Below, in pieces: positions 1 to 17,314 of a DNA stretch of 64,000 nt. The position numbers were made by a program, and so were the translations under genes. Below the pieces are notes generated by a model. The model ran no database searches. It saw nothing but the letters and a program-made list of their open reading frames with translations, and was not told the origin of the DNA. The DNA comes from Mytilus trossulus (taxonomy: Eukaryota). Numbering within the stretch: position 1 is the first letter of the stretch; each line of letters starts with the position of its first letter. The stretch lies in the NCBI RefSeq assembly GCF_036588685.1, contig NC_086378.1:34038001-34102000 (forward strand). Reading direction: 5' to 3'.

Positions 1-1092
1 CAACGATCTGCTGCAGGTACTTCAGATCATAAATGGGAGAATGTATGAATAAAACTGTTACTGTTATTACTATTAAAGATTTTTTTTTCTAGGTATTACA
101 GTGAAGAAAAGAGATGCCCCTGACTGCGGGTAAAACTTCTTATGTGTGCATCTTCCTTTCAATTTTATTTTTAAACGCCATTCTATATTTATCCACAGTA
201 TGACGATGACAATTTCATCAGCCAATCCAATAAAAATGTTAATGCGCACACATGTACTTACTATTCTGAAGACTTCTTTTAGCCAGAAAAGTTTATAATA
301 AGTCTGAAAACCACTTTTTATCATATAAAAAAGCTTATAAGTGCAAGATATATGCTTACATGGACTTCCTACATTGAAATTTTGTGGGGACTACTTGGAC
401 CCGTACCGAAATTATATTAATTTAAATAGAAATTTCATGATTTTGTTAACTAGCAGCAAGACAAGACTCTAAAGTGGACAAAATATATTACTACATACAT
501 GATAAAAAAATTCTTTACAATTCTGACTGAAAAAGAGCTCTAAATTTTTGATAAAAGTACCCTGTAATATCAGCTTTTCTAAAAGAAATATTCAAATTAA
601 TGAATTATACAAGATATTTAAACTCTAACTTAAAAAAAAAGGTTATATTTTGGCCAGTTGGTGGTTCTCTTTCTTTGGTCTAGACTACTGGTGTAAATAA
701 TACATCAAAAGAAGACAAGACAAAACAAGCGAAGAAAAGAAAAGAACAGAAGTACAGATAGAAACATTTATATGTTGATCTTTTTTTATATAATGTACTA
801 TTTAATATTCTACACACAAGGACATACATGTACCATGATAAACAAACACCCCCCTTTTTTTTGTGATGAGACTTGTGTGTATATATATATCATAAAATTT
901 ATTTTTTGTCTATGTATTGCTTTGCATATAGATGGATTCAACAAGAAGAAATAAAAGAGAGAGAGAGAGATGGGGAAAAGAGGGGTTCGGCTATGTTTCT
1001 AATTTTCATGTACAACAATTTATAGATTCTTTTTGAAAAATATTGGTGGCCCTGAAAAGGGCCGTTATGTTTTGGTGAAAAAATCACACTTC

Positions 1093-1608
<516 letters not shown>

Positions 1609-2790
1609 TCACCACTTACATAAAGCTGGCGTTGATTGGTCCGCATATCTTAAATCTGATTGGACTGATTTGTAAGGGACTTTGACAGTTTTCAATCCAT
1701 TTTTTACTGAAAAACTGCTCAACCCAAGCTGACAGTAAAAATGCCCCCTTTTTTCATTCATAATTACAGTTTCTGATCATCCCTCATAGCTCAACAATAG
1801 TAAATTAGTGTCACGGTTTCAATATGATAAATCTGAAGAAGAAAAATAATAATAATGAAAAAAGGTCAAAATACATGCAGAAACATTAAGGAAAGGAACG
1901 AAAAATAAAAACAGGAAAAAATAAAAATAAAATGCAGTTATAACACAAACAAAGCGAAATAAAAATAAAAAAACAGAAACAAATGGAATTACACATTCCC
2001 GACATGACATTGTGCGGATCGGCTGAGTTTCTTTATTGTTGTATTATGTCATATTTATGTATATTTAATATAAAAAAAGAAGATGTGGTATGATTTTCAT
2101 TTGGGCTGGGCACATTTGTCACATTGTCTGATTGTCGGTGTGCTTACATCAATTCCACATCTTTAATACACAAACAATAACTAAATAAAGACAGAAAGAC
2201 AGAGAGAGAGATGCTGAAAAAAATGGAAAAAGGAAAAGAATGGAAAGTACATATCATATATAAAAGTGTTGACGAAAGAGATAATGTTAACAAAAACTAT
2301 AAATAATTATAATAATAAAAAAAAACCACACACCTTCTCAGATGAATCTAAGCATGCTCGCATCAATAACCAAGAGAGAGAAAGAAGAGAGCAGACTAGT
2401 ATTAAATATAAATACTATCAGTGGTTTTTTTTCCCCCCGACAAACATTATTATGATTTAACTGAGCTACTTGTGGGTTCAAAGAGTCAGAAAGTACGACA
2501 ATAAATGTTCTGATGAAGAAGACTGAAAAAGTTACTAGACTTAGTGTTATGCTATAAGAACTGTACTTAAATGGGATGCGTTAGAGAGAGAAGAAAAGAA
2601 GAATCACGGAAGAAGGGACATTTATATTTTAGACATTTTTTATTTGTTATGTAGTAGAATATATTTTTTTCAATTATGTATGGGGAATAAAGTATTACTA
2701 AGATGTACAACAATTTTAGACTCTTTTTGAAAAATATTGGTGGCCCTGAAAAGGGCCGTTGTTAAGTGAGTAATCCGATATATCCACTTT

Positions 2791-3174
<384 letters not shown>

Positions 3175-3444
3175 CTATTTGGTTGATCGACACTGAGTAA
3201 AGTGATACAATTTTTCTTCAAAATTTAGCTTATATACCCACTAAACGGATTGAACGATGTTTTTATTATACACCAATCAGAACGAAGCTCTCTGCGAGCA
3301 GTTAGGCTACCGAACATTCAACATGTTATGGGTGCTCTCTCCGAGGTTCGCGTTTAATAAAATCTTTCAATCCGTTTTGCCCAGTATATAAACAAATTGA
3401 AAATAATTTTTCACCATTACTTATTTGATTATCAAACCAGTAAC

Positions 3445-3818
<374 letters not shown>

Positions 3819-4670
3819 ACAGTCTGAAGTTTATAACTTCACAAACGGCCCTTTTCAGGGCCACCAACATTTTTCAAAAAGAATTTACATTTGTTGTACA
3901 TCAATGTCAAACTTCTAAACAAAGCTATAAATCCCAACCCCAGCTATAACCACTTTCAAACTATTTCAATAGTATATGGTTACTTTTCTCTTCTTTCTAT
4001 CTGTATAACAAATATACGTGTATTTCACTCATTCTGTAGCATTTAATTTGTCTGTCAAAACTACAAAGCGTAAATACATAAATCATGAAGAACAAAACAG
4101 TGCTTTCATTCCAATTAATAGAGTTGATAAATTTACGATTTCTTTTGCTTTTCGAGAGAAAAAAAATATTGCGAGAATTATTTTACACGGAAACAAGAAC
4201 ATTACCTAATCTTAAACCACGCAAAAAAAACCTCTATAATTGAATATAACAGAATCTACAGATTTTGTGTGTAAAAGTCCGTGCATTTTGTTTTGAAATT
4301 TTCTCTCTTCATGTAGGCAAATGCACGGACTTGATCTTTGAACGTATTCATAAACCTTCAGAAATATAAATTCTCAAATAAATACAAGAGTAAGAGTAAG
4401 GAAGTTAATTAAAAAGAAAGCCAGATATTTAAAAAAAAAAAGGGGGGGGGGGGGGGGTATAACGAGAGAGAGAAAATAGTTGCGGATCAGGATCAGGGAA
4501 AACAAGAAAAACGGTTGAAAAATTCATGAACATTAGAGAAAAGAATAGAAGTGGGAGCAAGCTTTGATTTCAAGATTTTGTTTAAAACGATGTACAACAA
4601 ATCTAAGATTCTTTTTGAAAAATGTTGGTGGCCCTGAAAAGGGCCGTTGTTGATATTAGCTGGTGGCTGT

Positions 4671-4985
<315 letters not shown>

Positions 4986-6518
4986 TTAACTATTTGTGGT
5001 GATTAGTTAAATAATACTTTCCGTCTAACAGCGACTCTTTATATATCACCAACGCGGCCGTAAAAGAAGTATCACACATTTTCAGTTAACTGTTGTCTGA
5101 TTGGCTTACGTTGTTTTATTCCGGGAGGTAACTCTGTACTGCCTTAAACTGTGTACACTTTCAATCCACTTTTTCATTCTAGGTCTGAAAAATATAATAA
5201 TTCATATCAGACAGTAAATTTTTAAGAAAAAACTATTATTTCAATCGGAATAAAAATGACTGAAGGAGACAAAAAAAGTTCCAAAATGTTGAAAAGTTTT
5301 CATTTTAAGATAGAATAGTATGATAAATAAATGATAAATGAAAATCACTTTAGACAGTCAAAATTATAAAGATAATTATTTGCTTTCTCTGAACAGACAT
5401 TTTCATTCAATGACAATACACATTTCAACTTAATGGAATGGAATTTAGTTGGGGAAAAAATAAACCTCACAGACATATCTAGGAATACTGGTTATCTATT
5501 TGTCTATTTGATGTATCCAGAAATTGGATACATCACAGGATTTTACATGCTTGCAGTTTTCTACCTGTCTTTCATAACTCAACATCATCTGTCAAAGCTG
5601 TGCTTGCCATCCATCAACGATCTGCTGCAGGTACTTCAGATCATAAATGGGAGAATGTATGAATAAAACTGTTACTGTTATTACTATTAAAGATTTTTTT
5701 TTCTAGGTATTACAGTGAAGAAAAGAGATGCCCCTGACTGCGGGTAAAACTTCTTATGTGTGCATCTTCCTTTCAATTTTATTTTTAAACGCCATTCTAT
5801 ATTTATCCACAGTATGACGATGACAATTTCATCAGCCAATCCAATAAAAATGTTAATGCGCACACATGTACTTACTATTCTGAAGACTTCTTTTAGCCAG
5901 AAAAGTTTATAATAAGTCTGAAAACCACTTTTATCATATAAAAAAGCTTATAAGTGCAAGATATATGCTTACATGGACTTCCTACATTGAAATTTTGTGG
6001 GGACTACTTGGACCCGTACCGAAATTATATTAATTTAAATAGAAATTTCATGATTTTGTTAACTAGCAGCAAGACAAGACTCTAAAGTGGACAAAATATA
6101 TTACTACATACATGATAAAAAAATTCTTTACAATTCTGACTGAAAAAGAGCTCTAAAATTTTGATAAAAGTACCCTGTAATATCAGCTTTTCTAAAAGAA
6201 ATATTCAAATTAATGAATTATACAAGATATTTAAACTCTAACTTAAAAAAAAGGTTATATTTTGGCCAGTTGGTGGTTCTCTTTCTTTGGTCTAGACTAC
6301 TGGTGTAAATAATACATCAAAAGAAGACAAGACAAAACAAGCGAAGAAAAGAAAAGAACAGAAGTACAGATAGAAACATTTATATGTTGATCTTTTTTTA
6401 TATAATGTACTATTTAATATTCTACACACAAGGACATACATGTACCATGATAAACAAACACCCCCCTTTTTTTTGTGATGAGACTTGTGTGTATATATAT
6501 ATCATAAAATTTATTTAT

Positions 6519-6618
6519 NNNNNNNNNNNNNNNNNNNNNNNNNNNNNNNNNNNNNNNNNNNNNNNNNNNNNNNNNNNNNNNNNNNNNNNNNNNNNNNNNN
6601 NNNNNNNNNNNNNNNNNN
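6519..6618. other. Scaffold gap (100 N); array orientation flips across it
   Basis: Run of exactly 100 n. Confidence 0.99.
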
Positions 6619-7260
6619 CAGGGTACTTTTATCAAAAATTTAGAGCTCTTTTTCAGTCAGAATTGTAAAGAATTTTTTTATCATGTATGTAGTAATATAT
6701 TTTGTCCACTTTAGAGTCTTGTCTTGCTGCTAGTTAACAAAATCATGAAATTTCTATTTAAATTAATATAATTTCGGTACGGGTCCAAGTAGTCCCCACA
6801 AAATTTCAATGTAGGAAGTCCATGTAAGCATATATCTTGCACTTATAAGCTTTTTTATATGATAAAAGTGGTTTTCAGACTTATTATAAACTTTTCTGGC
6901 TAAAAGAAGTCTTCAGAATAGTAAGTACATGTGTGCGCATTAACATTTTTATTGGATTGGCTGATGAAATTGTCATCGTCATACTGTGGATAAATATAGA
7001 ATGGCGTTTAAAAATAAAATTGAAAGGAAGATGCACACATAAGAAGTTTTACCCGCAGTCAGGGGCATCTCTTTTCTTCACTGTAATACCTAGAAAAAAA
7101 AATCTTTAATAGTAATAACAGTAACAGTTTTATTCATACATTCTCCCATTTATGATCTGAAGTACCTGCAGCAGATCGTTGATGGATGGCAAGCACAGCT
7201 TTGACAGATGATGTTGAGTTATGAAAGACAGGTAGAAAACTGCAAGCATGTAAAATCCTG

Positions 7261-7287
7261 TGATGTATCCAATTTCTGGATACATCA
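7261..7287. repeat. Perfect 11-bp inverted repeat (hairpin) in the H3-H4 spacer; present in every unit
   Basis: TGATGTATCCA-atttc-TGGATACATCA. Confidence 0.9.
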
Positions 7288-7577
7288 AATAGACAAATAG
7301 ATAACCAGTATTCCTAGATATGTCTGTGAGGTTTATTTTTTCCCCAACTAAATTCCATTCCATTAAGTTGAAATGTGTATTGTCATTGAATGAAAATGTC
7401 TGTTCAGAGAAAGCAAATAATTATCTTTATAATTTTGACTGTCTAAAGTGATTTTCATTTATCATTTATTTATCATACTATTCTATCTTAAAATGAAAAC
7501 TTTTCAACATTTTGGAACTTTTTTTGTCTCCTTCAGTCATTTTTATTCCGATTGAAATAATAGTTTTTTCTTAAAAA

Positions 7578-8124
<547 letters not shown>

Positions 8125-8150
8125 ACAGCCACCCAGCTAATATCAACAAC

Positions 8151-8206
8151 GGCCCTTTTCAGGGCCACCAACATTTTTCAAAAAGAATCTTAGATTTGTT
8201 GTACAT
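8151..8206 (+). terminator. H4 3' processing signal: histone stem-loop plus downstream element (representative copy)
   Basis: GGCCCT-TTTC-AGGGCC 8151-8166, ACCA, CAAAAAGA 8179-8186, TTGTTGTACAT 8196-8206. Confidence 0.95.
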
Positions 8207-8338
8207 CGTTTTAAACAAAATCTTGAAATCAAAGCTTGCTCCCACTTCTATTCTTTTCTCTAATGTTCATGAATTTTTCAACCGTTTTTCTTGTTTTCCC
8301 TGATCCTGATCCGCAACTATTTTCTCTCTCTCGTTATA

Positions 8339-8365
8339 CCCCCCCCCCCCCCCCTTTTTTTTTTT
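8339..8365. repeat. C14-16 T11 homopolymer tract in the H4-H2B spacer
   Basis: C16T11 in this copy; the C run is 14-16 long in other units. Confidence 0.9.
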
Positions 8366-8463
8366 AAATATCTGGCTTTCTTTTTAATTAACTTCCTTAC
8401 TCTTACTCTTGTATTTATTTGAGAATTTATATTTCTGAAGGTTTATGAATACGTTCAAAGATC

Positions 8464-8521
8464 AAGTCCGTGCATTTGCCTACATGAAGAGAGAAAATTT
8501 CAAAACAAAATGCACGGACTT
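8464..8521. repeat. Perfect 14-bp inverted repeat with 30-nt spacer between the convergent H4 and H2B genes
   Basis: AAGTCCGTGCATTT 8464-8477 and AAATGCACGGACTT 8508-8521. Confidence 0.92.
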
Positions 8522-8894
8522 TTACACACAAAATCTGTAGATTCTGTTATATTCAATTATAGAGGTTTTTTTTGCGTGGTTTAAGATTAGGTAATGTTCT
8601 TGTTTCCGTGTAAAATAATTCTCGCAATATTTTTTTTCTCTCGAAAAGCAAAAGAAATCGTAAATTTATCAACTCTATTAATTGGAATGAAAGCACTGTT
8701 TTGTTCTTCATGATTTATGTATTTACGCTTTGTAGTTTTGACAGACAAATTAAATGCTACAGAATGAGTGAAATACACGTATATTTGTTATACAGATAGA
8801 AAGAAGAGAAAAGTAACCATATACTATTGAAATAGTTTGAAAGTGGTTATAGCTGGGGTTGGGATTTATAGCTTTGTTTAGAAGTTTGACATTG

Positions 8895-8949
8895 ATGTAC
8901 AACAAATGTAAATTCTTTTTGAAAAATGTTGGTGGCCCTGAAAAGGGCC
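8895..8949 (-). terminator. H2B 3' processing signal: stem-loop plus downstream element (representative copy)
   Basis: Stem-loop 8934-8949 on minus; CAAAAAGA; TTGTTGTACAT 8895-8905 on minus. Confidence 0.95.
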
Positions 8950-8977
8950 GTTTGTGAAGTTATAAACTTCAGACTGT

Positions 8978-9352
8978 TTACTTGCTGCTGGTGTATTTAG
9001 TGACGGCTTTGGTACCTTCACTGACAGCGTGCTTGGCCAATTCTCCGGGTAAGAGAAGACGGACAGCGGTCTGGATCTCCCGGGATGTGATGGTAGATCT
9101 TTTGTTGTAGTGTGCCAATCGGGAAGCCTCTGCTGCGATTCTCTCGAAGATATCGTTGACGAAGCTGTTCATGATGGACATTGCCTTTGAGGACACTCCG
9201 GTGTCGGGGTGAACTTGTCTCAAGACTTTGTAGATGTAGATAGCATAGGATTCACGTCTCTTCCTCCTCCTTTTCTTATCACCGCCGGGTCTGGCAGTCT
9301 TTGCCTTGGTGACGGCCTTCTTGGCTCCTTTAGTTCCTACTTTGGGTGGCAT
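8978..9352 (-). CDS. H2B: Histone H2B (124 aa; real start MPPKVG, not the upstream TTG in the ORF track)
   Basis: [17 protein letters not shown]...[19 protein letters not shown]...KYTSSK. Confidence 0.98.
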   Translation of the reverse strand: MPPKVGTKGAKKAVTKAKTARPGGDKKRRRKRRESYAIYIYKVLRQVHPDTGVSSKAMSIMNSFVNDIFERIAAEASRLAHYNKRSTITSREIQTAVRLLLPGELAKHAVSEGTKAVTKYTSSK

Positions 9353-10006
<654 letters not shown>

Positions 10007-10039
10007 AAAGTGGATATATCGGATTACTCACTTAACAAC

Positions 10040-10094
10040 GGCCCTTTTCAGGGCCACCAATATTTTTCAAAAAGAGTCTAAAATTGTTGTACAT
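10040..10094 (+). terminator. H2A 3' processing signal (representative copy)
   Basis: Stem-loop 10040-10055, CAAAAAGAG, TTGTTGTACAT 10084-10094. Confidence 0.95.
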
Positions 10095-11056
10095 CTTAGT
10101 AATACTTTATTCCCCATACATAATTGAAAAAAATATATTCTACTACATAACAAATAAAAAATGTCTAAAATATAAATGTCCCTTCTTCCGTGATTCTTCT
10201 TTTCTTCTCTCTCTAACGCATCCCATTTAAGTACAGTTCTTATAGCATAACACTAAGTCTAGTAACTTTTTCAGTCTTCTTCATCAGAACATTTATTGTC
10301 GTACTTTCTGACTCTTTGAACCCACAAGTAGCTCAGTTAAATCATATAATGTTTGTCGGGGGGAAAAAAAACCACTGATAGTATTTATATTTAATACTAG
10401 TCTGCTCTCTTCTTTCTCTCTCTTGGTTATTGATGCGAGCATGCTTAGATTCATCTGAGAAGGTGTGTGGTTTTTTTTTATTATTATAATTATTTATAGT
10501 TTTTGTTAACATTATCTCTTTCGTCAACACTTTTATATATGATATGTACTTTCCATTCTTTTCCTTTTTCCATTTTTTTCAGCATCTCTCTCTCTGTCTT
10601 TCTGTCTTTATTTAGTTATTGTTTGTGTATTAAAGATGTGGAATTGATGTAAGCACACCGACAATCAGACAATGTGACAAATGTGCCCAGCCCAAATGAA
10701 AATCATACCACATCTTCTTTTTTTATATTAAATATACATAAATATGACATAATACAACAATAAAGAAACTCAGCCGATCCGCACAATGTCATGTCGGGAA
10801 TGTGTAATTCCATTTGTTTCTGTTTTTTTATTTTTATTTCGCTTTGTTTGTGTTATAACTGCATTTTATTTTTATTTTTTCCTGTTTTTATTTTTCGTTC
10901 CTTTCCTTAATGTTTCTGCATGTATTTTGACCTTTTTTCATTATTATTATTTTTCTTCTTCAGATTTATCATATTGAAACCGTGACACTAATTTACTATT
11001 GTTGAGCTATGAGGGATGATCAGAAACTGTAATTATGAATGAAAAAAGGGGGCATT

Positions 11057-11703
<647 letters not shown>

Positions 11704-11732
11704 GAAGTGTGATTTTTTCACCAAAACATAAC

Positions 11733-11788
11733 GGCCCTTTTCAGGGCCACCAATATTTTTCAAAAAGAATCTATAAATTGTTGTACAT
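11733..11788 (+). terminator. H3 3' processing signal (representative copy)
   Basis: Stem-loop 11733-11748, CAAAAAGA at 11761, TTGTTGTACAT 11778-11788. Confidence 0.95.
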
Positions 11789-13418
11789 GAAAATTAGAAA
11801 CATAGCCGAACCCCTCTTTTCCCCATCTCTCTCTCTCTCTTTTATTTCTTCTTGTTGAATCCATCTATATGCAAAGCAATACATAGACAAAAAATAAATT
11901 TTATGATATATATATACACACAAGTCTCATCACAAAAAAAAGGGGGGTGTTTGTTTATCATGGTACATGTATGTCCTTGTGTGTAGAATATTAAATAGTA
12001 CATTATATAAAAAAAGATCAACATATAAATGTTTCTATCTGTACTTCTGTTCTTTTCTTTTCTTCGCTTGTTTTGTCTTGTCTTCTTTTGATGTATTATT
12101 TACACCAGTAGTCTAGACCAAAGAAAGAGAACCACCAACTGGCCAAAATATAACCTTTTTTTTTAAGTTAGAGTTTAAATATCTTGTATAATTCATTAAT
12201 TTGAATATTTCTTTTAGAAAAGCTGATATTACAGGGTACTTTTATCAAAAATTTAGAGCTCTTTTTCAGTCAGAATTGTAAAGAATTTTTTTATCATGTA
12301 TGTAGTAATATATTTTGTCCACTTTAGAGTCTTGTCTTGCTGCTAGTTAACAAAATCATGAAATTTCTATTTAAATTAATATAATTTCGGTACGGGTCCA
12401 AGTAGTCCCCACAAAATTTCAATGTAGGAAGTCCATGTAAGCATATATCTTGCACTTATAAGCTTTTTTATATGATAAAAAGTGGTTTTCAGACTTATTA
12501 TAAACTTTTCTGGCTAAAAGAAGTCTTCAGAATAGTAAGTACATGTGTGCGCATTAACATTTTTATTGGATTGGCTGATGAAATTGTCATCGTCATACTG
12601 TGGATAAATATAGAATGGCGTTTAAAAATAAAATTGAAAGGAAGATGCACACATAAGAAGTTTTACCCGCAGTCAGGGGCATCTCTTTTCTTCACTGTAA
12701 TACCTAGAAAAAAAAATCTTTAATAGTAATAACAGTAACAGTTTTATTCATACATTCTCCCATTTATGATCTGAAGTACCTGCAGCAGATCGTTGATGGA
12801 TGGCAAGCACAGCTTTGACAGATGATGTTGAGTTATGAAAGACAGGTAGAAAACTGCAAGCATGTAAAATCCTGTGATGTATCCAATTTCTGGATACATC
12901 AAATAGACAAATAGATAACCAGTATTCCTAGATATGTCTGTGAGGTTTATTTTTTCCCCAACTAAATTCCATTCCATTAAGTTGAAATGTGTATTGTCAT
13001 TGAATGAAAATGTCTGTTCAGAGAAAGCAAATAATTATCTTTATAATTTTGACTGTCTAAAGTGATTTTCATTTATCATTTATTTATCATACTATTCTAT
13101 CTTAAAATGAAAACTTTTCAACATTTTGGAACTTTTTTTGTCTCCTTCAGTCATTTTTATTCCGATTGAAATAATAGTTTTTTCTTAAAAATTTACTGTC
13201 TGATATGAATTATTATATTTTTCAGACCTAGAATGAAAAAGTGGATTGAAAGTGTACACAGTTTAAGGCAGTACAGAGTTACCTCCCGGAATAAAACAAC
13301 GTAAGCCAATCAGACAACAGTTAACTGAAAATGTGTGATACTTCTTTTACGGCCGCGTTGGTGATATAAAGAGTCGCTGTTAGACGGAAAGTATTATTTA
13401 ACTAATCACCACAAATAG

Positions 13419-13736
<318 letters not shown>

Positions 13737-14588
13737 ACAGCCACCCAGCTAATATCAACAACGGCCCTTTTCAGGGCCACCAACATTTTTCAAAAAGAAT
13801 CTTAGATTTGTTGTACATCGTTTTAAACAAAATCTTGAAATCAAAGCTTGCTCCCACTTCTATTCTTTTCTCTAATGTTCATGAATTTTTCAACCGTTTT
13901 TCTTGTTTTCCCTGATCCTGATCCGCAACTATTTTCTCTCTCTCGTTATACCCCCCCCCCCCCCCTTTTTTTTTTTAAATATCTGGCTTTCTTTTTAATT
14001 AACTTCCTTACTCTTACTCTTGTATTTATTTGAGAATTTATATTTCTGAAGGTTTATGAATACGTTCAAAGATCAAGTCCGTGCATTTGCCTACATGAAG
14101 AGAGAAAATTTCAAAACAAAATGCACGGACTTTTACACACAAAATCTGTAGATTCTGTTATATTCAATTATAGAGGTTTTTTTTGCGTGGTTTAAGATTA
14201 GGTAATGTTCTTGTTTCCGTGTAAAATAATTCTCGCAATATTTTTTTTCTCTCGAAAAGCAAAAGAAATCGTAAATTTATCAACTCTATTAATTGGAATG
14301 AAAGCACTGTTTTGTTCTTCATGATTTATGTATTTACGCTTTGTAGTTTTGACAGACAAATTAAATGCTACAGAATGAGTGAAATACACGTATATTTGTT
14401 ATACAGATAGAAAGAAGAGAAAAGTAACCATATACTATTGAAATAGTTTGAAAGTGGTTATAGCTGGGGTTGGGATTTATAGCTTTGTTTAGAAGTTTGA
14501 CATTGATGTACAACAAATGTAAATTCTTTTTGAAAAATGTTGGTGGCCCTGAAAAGGGCCGTTTGTGAAGTTATAAACTTCAGACTGT

Positions 14589-14963
14589 TTACTTGCTGCT
14601 GGTGTATTTAGTGACGGCTTTGGTACCTTCACTGACAGCGTGCTTGGCCAATTCTCCGGGTAAGAGAAGACGGACAGCGGTCTGGATCTCCCGGGATGTG
14701 ATGGTAGATCTTTTGTTGTAGTGTGCCAATCGGGAAGCCTCTGCTGCGATTCTCTCGAAGATATCGTTGACGAAGCTGTTCATGATGGACATTGCCTTTG
14801 AGGACACTCCGGTGTCGGGGTGAACTTGTCTCAAGACTTTGTAGATGTAGATAGCATAGGATTCACGTCTCTTCCTCCTCCTTTTCTTATCACCGCCGGG
14901 TCTGGCAGTCTTTGCCTTGGTGACGGCCTTCTTGGCTCCTTTAGTTCCTACTTTGGGTGGCAT
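14589..14963 (-). CDS. H2B: Histone H2B
   Basis: 124-aa H2B from MPPKVG. Confidence 0.98.
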   Translation of the reverse strand: MPPKVGTKGAKKAVTKAKTARPGGDKKRRRKRRESYAIYIYKVLRQVHPDTGVSSKAMSIMNSFVNDIFERIAAEASRLAHYNKRSTITSREIQTAVRLLLPGELAKHAVSEGTKAVTKYTSSK

Positions 14964-15233
14964 GTTACTGGTTTGATAATCAAATAAGTAATGGTGAAAA
15001 ATTATTTTCAATTTGTTTATATACTGGGCAAAACGGATTGAAAGATTTTATTAAACGCGAACCTCGGAGAGAGCACCCATAACATGTTGAATGTTCGGTA
15101 GCCTAACTGCTCGCAGAGAGCTTCGTTCTGATTGGTGTATAATAAAAACATCGTTCAATCCGTTTAGTGGGTATATAAGCTAAATTTTGAAGAAAAATTG
15201 TATCACTTTACTCAGTGTCGATCAACCAAATAG

Positions 15234-15617
<384 letters not shown>

Positions 15618-16798
15618 AAAGTGGATATATCGGATTACTCACTTAACAACGGCCCTTTTCAGGGCCACCAATATTTTTCAAAAAGAGTCTAAAATTGTTG
15701 TACATCTTAGTAATACTTTATTCCCCATACATAATTGAAAAAAATATATTCTACTACATAACAAATAAAAAATGTCTAAAATATAAATGTCCCTTCTTCC
15801 GTGATTCTTCTTTTCTTCTCTCTCTAACGCATCCCATTTAAGTACAGTTCTTATAGCATAACACTAAGTCTAGTAACTTTTTCAGTCTTCTTCATCAGAA
15901 CATTTATTGTCGTACTTTCTGACTCTTTGAACCCACAAGTAGCTCAGTTAAATCATATAATGTTTGTCGGGGGGAAAAAAAACCACTGATAGTATTTATA
16001 TTTAATACTAGTCTGCTCTCTTCTTTCTCTCTCTTGGTTATTGATGCGAGCATGCTTAGATTCATCTGAGAAGGTGTGTGGTTTTTTTTTATTATTATAA
16101 TTATTTATAGTTTTTGTTAACATTATCTCTTTCGTCAACACTTTTATATATGATATGTACTTTCCATTCTTTTCCTTTTTCCATTTTTTTCAGCATCTCT
16201 CTCTCTGTCTTTCTGTCTTTATTTAGTTATTGTTTGTGTATTAAAGATGTGGAATTGATGTAAGCACACCGACAATCAGACAATGTGACAAATGTGCCCA
16301 GCCCAAATGAAAATCATACCACATCTTCTTTTTTTATATTAAATATACATAAATATGACATAATACAACAATAAAGAAACTCAGCCGATCCGCACAATGT
16401 CATGTCGGGAATGTGTAATTCCATTTGTTTCTGTTTTTTTATTTTTATTTCGCTTTGTTTGTGTTATAACTGCATTTTATTTTTATTTTTTCCTGTTTTT
16501 ATTTTTCGTTCCTTTCCTTAATGTTTCTGCATGTATTTTGACCTTTTTTCATTATTATTATTTTTCTTCTTCAGATTTATCATATTGAAACCGTGACACT
16601 AATTTACTATTGTTGAGCTATGAGGGATGATCAGAAACTGTAATTATGAATGAAAAAAGGGGGCATTTTTACTGTCAGCTTGGGTTGAGCAGTTTTTCAG
16701 TAAAAAATGGATTGAAAACTGTCAAAGTCCCTTACAAATCAGTCCAATCAGATTTAAGATATGCGGACCAATCAACGCCAGCTTTATGTAAGTGGTGA

Positions 16799-17314
<516 letters not shown>

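Noticed and set aside
3397-3444. 16-aa N-terminal extension of H2B ([16 protein letters not shown]) in the ORF track, in all copies
   Set aside because: It starts at a TTG only a few bases after the TATA box, upstream of the expected transcription start; the real start is the ATG of MPPKVG
6177-7060. Giant palindrome centred on the first gap
   Set aside because: The centre is an unsequenced gap; explained by an oppositely oriented contig of the same repeat
10342-10977. 62-63-aa spacer ORFs rich in F/L or N/K
   Set aside because: Low-complexity translations of A/T-skewed spacer
12472-12977. Spacer ORFs of 83 and 77 aa (fused to 115 aa at 29571-29918) as a fifth gene or transposase relic
   Set aside because: Short, no recognisable domain or histone-type signals, and the longer version depends on one homopolymer indel near a contig end
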